64,000 bases of DNA, from NCBI GenBank assembly GCA_035248785.1, contig DATFHD010000100.1:328-64327 (forward strand). The letters are read 5' to 3'. The notes beneath the pieces are model-generated. The model saw only the letters and a list, made by a program, of their open reading frames with translations, was not told where the DNA came from and made no database searches. This document shows positions 41,882 to 50,411 of this stretch, piece after piece (the first letter of the stretch is position 1; each line of letters starts with the position of its first letter). The translations under genes were made by a program, and so were the position numbers. The DNA is from Pyrinomonadaceae bacterium (lineage in GTDB: Bacteria > Acidobacteriota > Blastocatellia > Pyrinomonadales > Pyrinomonadaceae).

Positions 41882-41913
41882 CCTACTGCTTTTCCCCGCG
41901 GCAAGTCAAGATT

Positions 41914-42023
41914 TAGAGGTTAGAGGTTGGAGGTTAGAGGTTAGTGGTCGCCGGGTGCGGAGGTCTAAACCTGCCGCCGCCGGTTGCCTTTACCAACCTC
42001 CAACCTCTAACCTCTAACCTCTA
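41914..42023. repeat. Heptad-repeat inverted repeat, GAGGTTR family, copy 3
   Basis: TAGAGGTTAGAGGTTGGAGGTTAGAGGTTAGTGG / ~45-nt spacer / CCAACCTCCAACCTCTAACCTCTAACCTCTA. The right arm ends at the ATG of the next gene. Confidence 0.9.
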
Positions 42024-42691
42024 TGTACCCCGCAGGGAATCTCTTCATCCCGGCGCCGCACGGGCGCCTTGAGGCCATCTGGAAGGAGCCGCGCGGGCAG
42101 GCGCGCGGCGCGGCGCTCGTCCTGCACCCGCACCCTCTGCACGGCGGGACGATGCACAACAAGGTCGTCTTCCGCACCGCGCGGGGCTTGGAGGACGCAG
42201 GGCTCGTGACGCTCCGCATCAACTTCCGCGGCGTCGGCCACTCGACCGGCACACACACGGGTGCGCGCGGCGGCGAGCAGGAGGACGCGCGCGTGGCCTT
42301 AGACTATCTGGTCGAGAAGTGCCCGGGGCTCCCCGTCTTCCTCGCGGGCTTCTCCTTCGGCGCGCGCGTCGGGCTCGAAGTCGGCACGCACGACCCGCGC
42401 GTCAACTTCCTCATCGGCGTCGGCACGCCCGTCAGCATCCCCGAGCGCGAGTACGACTTCTCTTTTATCGAGGACTGCCGCAAGCCGCTCCTCCTCGTCC
42501 ACGGCGAGCGCGACGAGTTCGGCTCCGTCCAAGACCTACGCGCCCTCGCCGCGCGCCTCCCCGAACACTCAAACGTTAAAATCGCCATCATCCCCGGCGC
42601 CGGCCACTTCTTCGACCAGCAACTCGAAGACCTCCGCCGCGCCGTCGCCGCTTGGGCGTCGGAGATGCTTGGCGGAGAGGCCGGCCGGTAA
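42023..42691 (+). CDS. Alpha/beta-fold hydrolase (COG2945-like)
   Basis: LVLHPHPLHGGTMHNKVV...FLAGFSFGARV...LLVHGERDEF. Confidence 0.7.
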   Translation: MYPAGNLFIPAPHGRLEAIWKEPRGQARGAALVLHPHPLHGGTMHNKVVFRTARGLEDAGLVTLRINFRGVGHSTGTHTGARGGEQEDARVALDYLVEKCPGLPVFLAGFSFGARVGLEVGTHDPRVNFLIGVGTPVSIPEREYDFSFIEDCRKPLLLVHGERDEFGSVQDLRALAARLPEHSNVKIAIIPGAGHFFDQQLEDLRRAVAAWASEMLGGEAGR

Positions 42692-42703
42692 AGGCATGGC
42701 GCT

Positions 42704-43414
42704 TGTCCCCGAAGGGGACACAGACAATAGCCGGGGGTAGAGCGAAGACGCGAAGCGTCTGAGCGCCACCCCCGGAAACGTCGCAACATACATCCGACCC
42801 TGAAAGGGTCGAACCGTCAGCGCCACAAGTATTCCTCTTCGTATTTAACCCCGTACCTCTTCAACAGCGACAGCATCTCCGACTCGAACGTGCGCCGGCG
42901 GTGGTGCTCCCCCTGCCGCGCGATGTAACCCTTCAATGCCTCAACGTTCGACTCCCCGATAGAGAAAGCGCCGTAGCCGTCCTGCCAGCCGAAATCTCTG
43001 AAACGCGCGCCATTCGTCTTAACCCACCTCGACGAACTCCGCTTCAAATCGCCGACGACTTCGCTGAGTGCGAAGTTCTTCGACAGCGAGACGAGCAGAT
43101 GTACGTGGTTGGCAGTGCCGCCGACGGCGAGGCAGCGTGATTCGTGATTGTTGAGGATGCCCGAGAGGTATGCGAAAAGGTCGGGTTCCAACTCGGGCGT
43201 GATGAGGTCGGCGCGATCCTTCGTCGAGAAGACGACGTGAACGAGGAGGCTGACGAGCGTCTGTGACACGTTGGGCTCCTTCCGTCACGACGGTGCGACC
43301 CTTTCAGGGTCGGGACATTTTACCGTCTTAACCCGGGGGCGGCGCTCGCCGTTCGCCTTCGGCTCACGGTTCGCTCTGCCCCCGGCTATTGTCTGCGTCC
43401 CCTTCAGGGACGGG
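42704..43414. mobile_element. RAYT unit: Y1 transposase gene framed by inverted, hairpin-rich REP-like modules
   Basis: The left flank runs TGTCCCCGAAGGGGACA, CAATAGCCGGGGG, CCCCGGAAAC, CCGACCCTGAAAGGGTCG. The right flank is the reverse-complement order: CGACCCTTTCAGGGTCGG, CCCGGGGG, CCCCCGGCTATT, CGTCCCCTTCAGGGACG. Confidence 0.8.
42817..43269 (-). CDS. IS200-like Y1 (HUH) transposase, REP-associated tyrosine transposase type
   Basis: LLVHVVFSTKDR, HUH motif ANHVHLLVS, GWQDGYGAFS and the catalytic-Tyr helix KGYIARQGEHH. Confidence 0.85.
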   Translation of the reverse strand: MSQTLVSLLVHVVFSTKDRADLITPELEPDLFAYLSGILNNHESRCLAVGGTANHVHLLVSLSKNFALSEVVGDLKRSSSRWVKTNGARFRDFGWQDGYGAFSIGESNVEALKGYIARQGEHHRRRTFESEMLSLLKRYGVKYEEEYLWR

Positions 43415-43453
43415 GAGCAGACTTTCGCCCGGCCTTCAGGATGTTGGCTGACG

Positions 43454-45349
43454 TTAGCCTTCGCGGCCGGAGCCCGCCGAATCGGCCTCTTCGTAAATAC
43501 GGTCAATCACGTCCCTGTACTTGTCGTCTATGACGCGGCGCTTGATTTTGAGGGTGGGGGTGAGCTCGCCGCCCGTGACGGTGAGTTCTTGTTCGAGCAG
43601 GGCGACGCGCTTGACGCGCTCGAAGCGGGAGAGGTCTTGGGTGAGCGAGTCAACCTGCCGCTGTAGGAGGTCGAGGATGCGCGGGTGGCGGCAGAAGTCG
43701 GCGGGCTCGCGGATGTCGAGCCCCTTGTGCTGCGCGTAGGAGCGCAGCATCTCCCAGTCGGGGACGATGAGCGCGGAGGGGAACTTGCGCCCGGCGCCGA
43801 CGAGGACGACCTGATTGACGAAGCGCGACTGCTTGATGCGCTCCTCAAGGACTTGCGGCGCGATGTACTTGCCGCCGGAGGTCTTGAACAGCTCCTTCTT
43901 GCGGTCGGTGATGCGCAGGTAGCCCTCTTCGTCGAGCGCGCCCACGTCGCCGGTCTTGAACCAGCCGTCTTCGGTGAAGACCTCGCGCGTCGCGTCGGGC
44001 TTGTTGTAGTAGCCGCGCATGATGTTGGGGCCGCGCGTCTCGATCTCGCCGTCCGGGGCGATGCGGACTTCGACGTGGCGTATGGGGCGGCCGACGGTGC
44101 CGATGCGGTTGTCGTCCGCCGCGTTGACGCAGATGACGGGCGAGGTTTCGGTCAGCCCGTACCCTTGCACGATGGGCAGCCCCGCGCCGTAGAAGACGAG
44201 CCCGAGTTCTTCGGGCAGCGCCGCGCCGCCCGAGCAGAAGAGTCGTATGCGCCCGCCCGTCGCCTCTCGCCACTTCGAGAAGACGAGCTTCGACGCGAGT
44301 GCGTGCTGCAACTTGAGGAGGGGGCCGACGGGCTCCTTCCAGACGGTCGCGTGCGCCCAGCGCTTCGCAACGCCGACCGACCACATGAGCAGCGCCGTCT
44401 TCACGCGCCCGCCCTCGGCGGCCTTCTCCTTTATGCGCGCGTAAATCTTCTCGAACAGGCGCGGGACGGCGATGAGGAGCGTCGGGCGCACCTCGCGCAT
44501 GTTGTCGCCGACGCGCTCGATGGCCTCTGCGAAGAAGACGCGCGCGCCGTGGTGCAGGTACATGTACATCGCGCCGCGCTCGAAGACGTGCGAGAGCGGG
44601 AGGACGGAGAGCACCACGTCTTCGGGCGTGAAGGCCAGACGCTCGGACGTGTCTATCAGGTTCGAGACGACGTTCGAGTGCGTGAGCATGACGCCCTTGG
44701 GCTCGCCCGTCGTCCCCGAGGTGTAGATGATCGTCGCGAGGTCTTCTGGCTCGGCCGCGCCCGCGAGTTCTTCGACGAGGCCGGGGCGCTCGCGCTCAAG
44801 CTCCGCGCCGCGCGCTTCGAGTCCGGCGAGCGTGAGCACGCCGTCTGACGGCTCGCCCGTCATCAGGACGACGGTCGAGACCGCGGCGCACGCCGAGAGC
44901 GCTTCGCGCACGCGCTCGTAAGCCTCTCGGTTCTGGACGAAGAGCAGGCGAGCGCCCGAGTCCGAAAGGATGTAGCAGACCTGCTGCGGCGCGAGCGTCG
45001 GGTAGAGAGGGACGTTGACTATCCCTGCGAACTGGCAGCCCAAGTCCGTGACGACCCACTCGGGCGAGCTTTCGGAAAGAACACCTGCGCGCTCGCCGCG
45101 CCTGAGCCCCAGCGCGTGGAGCCCGAGCGCGACGTGACGTACGCGCCGCGTGAACTCTTCGGAAGAGATCGGACGCCACTCGCCCGCGGACTTGTAGTTG
45201 AGCGTGTCGGGTCGCGCGTGGCGTCGCATCGCGCGCACGAAGATTTCGATGAGGGTCGTCGGCGCTTCCGCGTCGCGCGCTTCTGCGTGCCGGGCGTCGC
45301 GCACGGCGCCGGGCTCGGGCGCGACCTCGCGTGTCGTCTCCGTCGTCAA
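43454..45349 (-). CDS. Long-chain fatty acid--CoA ligase (AMP-dependent synthetase)
   Basis: IIYTSGTTGEPKGVMLTH (AMP-binding motif), GYGLTET, GWFKTGD, KKELFKTSGGKYIAP. Confidence 0.9.
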   Translation of the reverse strand: MTTETTREVAPEPGAVRDARHAEARDAEAPTTLIEIFVRAMRRHARPDTLNYKSAGEWRPISSEEFTRRVRHVALGLHALGLRRGERAGVLSESSPEWVVTDLGCQFAGIVNVPLYPTLAPQQVCYILSDSGARLLFVQNREAYERVREALSACAAVSTVVLMTGEPSDGVLTLAGLEARGAELERERPGLVEELAGAAEPEDLATIIYTSGTTGEPKGVMLTHSNVVSNLIDTSERLAFTPEDVVLSVLPLSHVFERGAMYMYLHHGARVFFAEAIERVGDNMREVRPTLLIAVPRLFEKIYARIKEKAAEGGRVKTALLMWSVGVAKRWAHATVWKEPVGPLLKLQHALASKLVFSKWREATGGRIRLFCSGGAALPEELGLVFYGAGLPIVQGYGLTETSPVICVNAADDNRIGTVGRPIRHVEVRIAPDGEIETRGPNIMRGYYNKPDATREVFTEDGWFKTGDVGALDEEGYLRITDRKKELFKTSGGKYIAPQVLEERIKQSRFVNQVVLVGAGRKFPSALIVPDWEMLRSYAQHKGLDIREPADFCRHPRILDLLQRQVDSLTQDLSRFERVKRVALLEQELTVTGGELTPTLKIKRRVIDDKYRDVIDRIYEEADSAGSGREG

Positions 45350-45963
45350 GCGCTCACACCCCCGAGGAAGATGTCGAGTACTTCGTCGGCCATCGGCGCG
45401 AGCTTGTAGCGGCGGCGCGAGAGAATCCAGTTGGTCGCCATCTCGTCCAGAGCGCCGAAGAGAATCTTCGCGACGAGCTTCGGCTTGAGCTCTTCGCGGA
45501 AGACGCCCGCCTGCTGTCCCTCCTCGAAGACTTCGCGTATGAGGCCGAGGTATTCGGCCAAGCCCGCCGCGGAAAACTCCTCCATGAACTTGGTCGTGCC
45601 GCGCAGCTCGACCTGAAAGACGACGGCGAGGTCTCGGTCGGCGCCGAGCCGTTCGAGGTGGTGGCGCGCGATGCGGCGGAGCTTCTCGCGCGGGTCTTCG
45701 ATCTTCGCCAACTCCTCTCGGCCCGCGCGCACGGCCTCAGAGGTGTTGCGCTCGAAGATGGAGCGCAGAATCTCTTCCTTGCTCTTGAAGTAGAGGTAGA
45801 CGGTGCCGTCGGCGACGCCCGCCTCGCGCGCCACGTCCGCGACCTTCGAGTTGAAGTAGCCGCTGCGCGCGAAGACTTTGGTCGCGGCGCGCATGATGGC
45901 CTCGCGCTTGTCGCCCACGGGGGCGGCCGCGCGCGCGGGCTGGAGGGAACGTGCGGTGCGCAT
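45346..45963 (-). CDS. TetR/AcrR-family transcriptional regulator
   Basis: IMRAATKVFARSGYFNSKVADVAREAGVADGTVYLYFKSKEEIL. The stop overlaps the acyl-CoA ligase start by 4 nt. Confidence 0.9.
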   Translation of the reverse strand: MRTARSLQPARAAAPVGDKREAIMRAATKVFARSGYFNSKVADVAREAGVADGTVYLYFKSKEEILRSIFERNTSEAVRAGREELAKIEDPREKLRRIARHHLERLGADRDLAVVFQVELRGTTKFMEEFSAAGLAEYLGLIREVFEEGQQAGVFREELKPKLVAKILFGALDEMATNWILSRRRYKLAPMADEVLDIFLGGVSA

Positions 45964-46002
45964 CCGGAATGCTTCTCCGTGCTGGTCTCGCCGAGCTTAG
46001 GT

Positions 46003-46020
46003 TGAATGAATGGTCATTCA
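46003..46020. promoter_or_regulatory. 18-bp palindrome TGAATGA-ATGG-TCATTCA, 40 nt upstream of the TetR start (candidate operator)
   Basis: Perfect 7-bp arms with a 4-nt centre, in the TetR upstream region. Confidence 0.5.
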
Positions 46021-46099
46021 GTCAGTGCAGACCATAGCCTAACCTCCGCGCGCGTTTTCTGCAACAGAAGCCCGCCGGAGTCCGGCGCCGCGCGGCAAG

Positions 46100-47113
46100 T
46101 CAACGGCGGCTGTACTCGGGCTCGTCCTCTTCGTCGCCGGCGGTGAGGCGGCCGTTGCGGGAGTCGAGGCGGAGGGTGCCGCCGCGCAGCGTGATGTCGC
46201 GCTGCGGGTTGGGGATTTCGATGCCGGCCTCTTTGAAGAGGCGGAAGATGTTGTAGTTGATCTGGCTCTTGATGACGACGTGGCGGCGCGGCTTGTCCGT
46301 CCAGACGAGGAGGCGGAACTTGAGGTCGAAGTCGCCGAACTCCATGAACTGCACGGAGGGCTTCGGCTCGTCGAGGATGAACTGCACGCCCTCGGCCGCG
46401 CGCAGCAGGGTCTCTGTGACGAGGTCAACGTCCGAGTCGGTGGCGACGCCGATGGGGACGGAGACGCGCGTGCGGCGCTCGCGGAAAGTCCAGTTGAGGA
46501 AGTTCTGGTTGACGATCTTCGAGTTGGGGACGACCGAGGCGACGTTGTCGTTGGTCATGACGACCGTGGTGCGGAGGTTGATGCTGCGGACTCGGCCCTC
46601 GGTGAGCTTGCCGTCGGGGCCGGGGATGGTGATGTAGTCGCCGACGCGTACGGGGCGCTCGAAGAGGATGATGAAGCCGGAGGCGATGTCGCCCGCGATG
46701 AACTGAAGGCCGAAGCCGATGCCGATGGAGAGCGCGGTGAAGACGACGGCGAGCGAGGTGAAGTCGGCCTGCACGGCGATGCGCAGCGCGACGATCAGCC
46801 CGACCGTCATGATGAAGTAGTGGACGAGCCGGAGGATGGTGAACTGCACGCCGGGGTCGAGGTGCTTGTGCCGCGACAGGCGCGCTTCGAGGAACCGCCG
46901 CAGGTAGCGCGAGACGACGACCGACGCGACGACGACGAGCAGGCCGAGCGTCAGCGTCGCGATGGAGAAGGGGAAGTTGCCGACCGTCCAAGTGTAGTTG
47001 GCGTAGTAGCGCAGCGGCTCGCTCATCTTCCAGAGCCTCGTCAAAACGTTATCGCCCGCCTGCCACAACGCCGCCAACGCCGCCGCGCACACACTCGCCG
47101 CAAACATTCCCAC
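46100..47113 (-). CDS. Small-conductance mechanosensitive channel (MscS family)
   Basis: GFGLQFIAGDIASGFIILFERPVRVGDYITI...GRVRSINLRTTVVMTNDNVASVVPNSKIVNQNFLNWT. Confidence 0.9.
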   Translation of the reverse strand: MGMFAASVCAAALAALWQAGDNVLTRLWKMSEPLRYYANYTWTVGNFPFSIATLTLGLLVVVASVVVSRYLRRFLEARLSRHKHLDPGVQFTILRLVHYFIMTVGLIVALRIAVQADFTSLAVVFTALSIGIGFGLQFIAGDIASGFIILFERPVRVGDYITIPGPDGKLTEGRVRSINLRTTVVMTNDNVASVVPNSKIVNQNFLNWTFRERRTRVSVPIGVATDSDVDLVTETLLRAAEGVQFILDEPKPSVQFMEFGDFDLKFRLLVWTDKPRRHVVIKSQINYNIFRLFKEAGIEIPNPQRDITLRGGTLRLDSRNGRLTAGDEEDEPEYSRR

Positions 47114-47149
47114 TTCAAACCCCCTTGATTCCTAAACGCCCCGAAAGCC

Positions 47150-47188
47150 GAAGCCGCCCGCGCCTCGTTGCAGGGGGCGGGCGGCTTC
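47150..47188 (-). terminator. GC-rich stem-loop downstream of tRNA-Ser(UGA)
   Basis: GAAGCCGCCCGC / 15-nt loop / GCGGGCGGCTTC. Confidence 0.5.
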
Positions 47189-47207
47189 AGGGAGAAAACT
47201 TTGTCTG

Positions 47208-47293
47208 TGGCGGAGGGGACAGGACTCGAACCTGCAAGCGCGTTAGCGCGGTAGTTTTCAAGACTACTGCCTTACCAATTAGGCTACCCCTCC
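47208..47293 (-). tRNA. tRNA-Ser (anticodon UGA)
   Basis: Hand-folded: GGAGGGG TA GCC TAATTGGTAA GGC A GTAGT CTTGAAA ACTAC, a long variable arm CGCGCTAACGCGCTT, GCAGG TTCGAGT CCTGT CCCCTCC G CCA. Confidence 0.9.
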
Positions 47294-47491
47294 GCGTTGA
47301 ATCCTTAAAGAATATAACCCGCGCTGAAACGGATGGCAAAACGCGTGGCCCGCGAAAAAACTGGCGCGGCGTTGACACTTCGCGCGCGATTTCTCGCGTT
47401 AGTAGGCAGACAGGTGGAAGTCCGCGGGGCGCGTCTTGCACGTCCCTGAAGGGAAGCGGACTCGAATTCTTGCCCCGGAGGTTTCAGAGAG

Positions 47492-48520
47492 ATGGCCGGA
47501 AAGTGGAGGAGGCGTTTGTTGAAGGCCGCGGGGTACGGGCTGGCGGCTCTGGTCGCCCTGCTGGCGGTCGGGATTTCGGCGACGGTCGGGTGGCGGCCTC
47601 TGCTCGGGCCGAAGGTGCGCGCGCTCACCGCGCGGCGCTTCGAGGCCAGCCCGCAGCGAGCGGCGCGCGGGAAGTACCTGACCGAGAACGTCATGGGCTG
47701 CTTCGCCTGCCACTCGAAACTAGACCAGAACGACCCGGCCGGCTCGTACGCGGCTTTGAAGACGAAGGGCGCGGGGGCGCCGATGGACGGCGACCCTTGG
47801 CTCGTCGCGCCGAACATCACGCCCGACGGCGAGACCGGCGTCGGCGGTTGGACGGACGACCAGCTCGCGCGCGCCATACGCGAGGGCGTCAGCCGCGACG
47901 GCCGCGCGCTCTTCCCCGCGATGCCCTACGGCGGCTACCGAAACCTTTCGGACGAAGACCTCGCGTCAATCATCGTCTACCTGCGCGCGTTGGAGCCCGT
48001 GCGCAACGGGCTTCCGAAGACGGACGTGCCGTTCCCGCTCTCGCGGCTCATCAACATCGCGCCCGAGCCGGTCGAAGCGGCGGTGCCAGAGCCCGACAGG
48101 TCGAGCCCGGTGAAGTACGGCGAGTACCTCGTGCGCGTCGCTGACTGTGCCGGCTGCCACACGCCGCGCGGCGGGATGGGCAAGCCCGTCGAGGGCTTGG
48201 AGTACGGCGGCGGCAACGTCTTCGACGACGGCAAGGGGCACGCGGTCGCGACCGCCAACATCACGCCCGACCCGACCGGCATCTCTTATTACGACGAAGC
48301 GCTCTTCGTCGAGGCCATGCGCACCGGCCACGTCAAGGCGCGCGCCTTAAGCCCCGCGATGCCGTGGTGGGCCTTCAAAGGGATGACCGACGAAGACCTC
48401 AAGGCGATGTTCGCGTACCTGCGCACGCTCAGGCCCGCGCGCCACGCCGTGGACAACACCGAGCCGCCGACCTACTGCAAAGTCTGCAAGCAGAAGCACG
48501 GGTTGGGAGAGAGGAATTGA
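47492..48520 (+). CDS. Membrane-anchored di-haem c-type cytochrome
   Basis: An N-terminal transmembrane segment and two CXXCH motifs (CFACH, CAGCH). Confidence 0.8.
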   Translation: MAGKWRRRLLKAAGYGLAALVALLAVGISATVGWRPLLGPKVRALTARRFEASPQRAARGKYLTENVMGCFACHSKLDQNDPAGSYAALKTKGAGAPMDGDPWLVAPNITPDGETGVGGWTDDQLARAIREGVSRDGRALFPAMPYGGYRNLSDEDLASIIVYLRALEPVRNGLPKTDVPFPLSRLINIAPEPVEAAVPEPDRSSPVKYGEYLVRVADCAGCHTPRGGMGKPVEGLEYGGGNVFDDGKGHAVATANITPDPTGISYYDEALFVEAMRTGHVKARALSPAMPWWAFKGMTDEDLKAMFAYLRTLRPARHAVDNTEPPTYCKVCKQKHGLGERN

Positions 48521-48529
48521 GGGGAAGAA

Positions 48530-48664
48530 GTAGACAGTAGTCAGTAGTCAGTAGACAGTAGAAAGACAGGCGGCGCGGCCTTCATTATCGGTTGATGATG
48601 AAGGCCGCGCCGCCCTTCTTCTTCGCTTCTTCCTACTGACTACTGACTACTGACTACTGTCTAC
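48530..48664. repeat. Nested heptad-repeat hairpin (CAGTAGT/CAGTAGA repeats) enclosing a second GC-rich hairpin
   Basis: The outer 25-bp perfect stem is GTAGACAGTAGTCAGTAGTCAGTAG / CTACTGACTACTGACTACTGTCTAC. The inner 17-bp stem is GGCGGCGCGGCCTTCAT / ATGAAGGCCGCGCCGCC. Lies between convergent genes. Confidence 0.9.
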
Positions 48665-48668
48665 TCCC

Positions 48669-50411
48669 TCACGGCGGCGGGGCCGGGAGGCCACGGCGGC
48701 GCTGCTCTTCGAACCTCTGGCGGCGCTCCTCTTCGATGATTCTGTCGCGCTCCATCCTCGCGCGGCGGCGCTCCTGCGCGGCGCGGCGGAGGACGGCGCG
48801 CAGCTCCTCGCGCGTGAGCGGGTTGGTTCTGAGGTCTCGGCCGCGAAGCATGGGGTCGCCGTAGGCTTCGGGCGGGAGACCGGGCGGCGGCCCCGCTTGG
48901 CCGGGCGGTGGCGGCTCGGGCGTTTCGGGGCGCGGCGCCTCCGACGCTCTCTCACGCGCGGGCGTGGCGGCGGGCGCTGCGCGGCGTTGGGCGTTGGAGG
49001 GTGTCGCCGTGGACGCCGGTGCAGGCGTCTGCTGCGCGGGCGTGGCTGGGAGTTCCGTCGGCGCCGGCTGCGCTGTCGCTTGTGTCGGTTGTGCCGTCGC
49101 TTGTGTGGGCTGCGCGGTGGCTTGAGGCGTCGGCTGCGCGGCGGGCAGGCCCGGCGGTGTGCTCTGCACGAACGAGTAGAGGCCCGCGCCGACGAGCGCG
49201 AGCGCGGCGACGCCCGCCGCCGGGCCTAACCAACGACGCGAGCCGCCGCCCGCGGCCGCGCCCGCGGCCCTCATGCGCGTCACGTCCGAGTCGCCGCCCG
49301 ACTCTTTGATTGAAGACTTCCCGTCCGGGCTTTCGACCGAAGTCGCCTCCGCGCCGCGCGCGGTCGTCTGAGCCAACACCGCGCCGTCGTCGGCGACGGC
49401 CGTTGCGCCTTCGTTGACGACGGTCGCGGTCTCCTGCGTGCCCGCGGGGCGCGTCGCTCCGGGTTCGTGCGCGTTGGTGCGCGCGGCGCCGGACGAGTCG
49501 AGCAGGCGCGTCTTCTGTTCAGACTCCACCAGCGTGGAGACGGCAGCGGCGCCGGGCGTCACGGGCTTCGCCTCCGCGGCGTGGCGCGCGGCCTCGCGCA
49601 AGGCGGCGCGCATCTCCGCGGCCGAGGCGAAACGTTTGGCGGCGCTCAGCGCCATCGCGCGCGAGAGGACTTCGGAGACTTCCGCGGGGACGTGCGCGGC
49701 CCCGTCGCTCGCGGGGCGCAGGGGGTCGGGCTCGTTGTTAAGGACGGCCGTCGCGCGCGAGAGCGCGTCGGGCGGCGTCTGGCCCGTGAGCAGGTGGTAG
49801 AGGGTCGCGCCCAGAGAGTAGAGGTCGCTGCGCGGGTCTGTGCCGGTGCCCTGCATCTGCTCGATGGGGGCGTAGTTGAAGGAGTAGCCGAAGAGGCTCG
49901 CGGTGTTGGTGACGCGCGTCTGCAAGGGCGTACCCTTGGCGAGCCCGAAGTCGAGGAGCACGATCTGATCGCGGCTGGTGAGCTTGAGGTTCTGCGGCTT
50001 GATGTCGCGGTGTACTACGGGCGGCTCCTGCGTGTGAAGGTAGTCGAGCGCGTCGAGCAGTTGGTCTGCCCAAGCTGTGACCTGCGCGGCGGGGAAGCCC
50101 TGCCCGGCTCGCGCCTTCAACATCTGCGAGAGGTCTTCGCCCGCGATGTACTCCATCACGAGGAACTGGCCGTCCGCCTCCTCGAAGTGGTCGCTGACGC
50201 GGGGCAGCGCGTGGTGGCGCAGGTGGTTGAGCAGCCGCGCCTCGCGCTCGAAGGCTTTGCGCAAGTTGGGGTCGTCGAAGAAGGTCTCTTTGAGCGCGAC
50301 CGTCGAGCCGAAGCGCCGGTCTGTCGCGACGTAGACGGCGCCCATACCGCCCACGCCGATCTGCCGCTCGACGACGTAGCGGTTCTGCAAGACTGTGCCG
50401 GGGGCAATCAT
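48669..50411 (-). CDS. Ser/Thr protein kinase with a transmembrane segment and repetitive Pro/Thr/Ala-rich C-terminal region
   Basis: GVGGMGAVYVA...VALK, HRDIKPQNLKL, DFGLAK, and later the QPTQATA triple repeat plus one hydrophobic segment. Confidence 0.9.
   Translation of the reverse strand: MIAPGTVLQNRYVVERQIGVGGMGAVYVATDRRFGSTVALKETFFDDPNLRKAFEREARLLNHLRHHALPRVSDHFEEADGQFLVMEYIAGEDLSQMLKARAGQGFPAAQVTAWADQLLDALDYLHTQEPPVVHRDIKPQNLKLTSRDQIVLLDFGLAKGTPLQTRVTNTASLFGYSFNYAPIEQMQGTGTDPRSDLYSLGATLYHLLTGQTPPDALSRATAVLNNEPDPLRPASDGAAHVPAEVSEVLSRAMALSAAKRFASAAEMRAALREAARHAAEAKPVTPGAAAVSTLVESEQKTRLLDSSGAARTNAHEPGATRPAGTQETATVVNEGATAVADDGAVLAQTTARGAEATSVESPDGKSSIKESGGDSDVTRMRAAGAAAGGGSRRWLGPAAGVAALALVGAGLYSFVQSTPPGLPAAQPTPQATAQPTQATAQPTQATAQPAPTELPATPAQQTPAPASTATPSNAQRRAAPAATPARERASEAPRPETPEPPPPGQAGPPPGLPPEAYGDPMLRGRDLRTNPLTREELRAVLRRAAQERRRARMERDRIIEEERRQRFEEQRRRGLPAPPP

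Noticed and set aside
47208-47295. The tRNA at 47208 first looked as though it had a 9-bp acceptor stem, raising the possibility of tRNA-Sec.
   Set aside because: Re-folding from GGAGGGG gives a normal 7-bp acceptor stem with discriminator G and CCA. The anticodon loop CTTGAAA reads UGA (Ser), not UCA (Sec).
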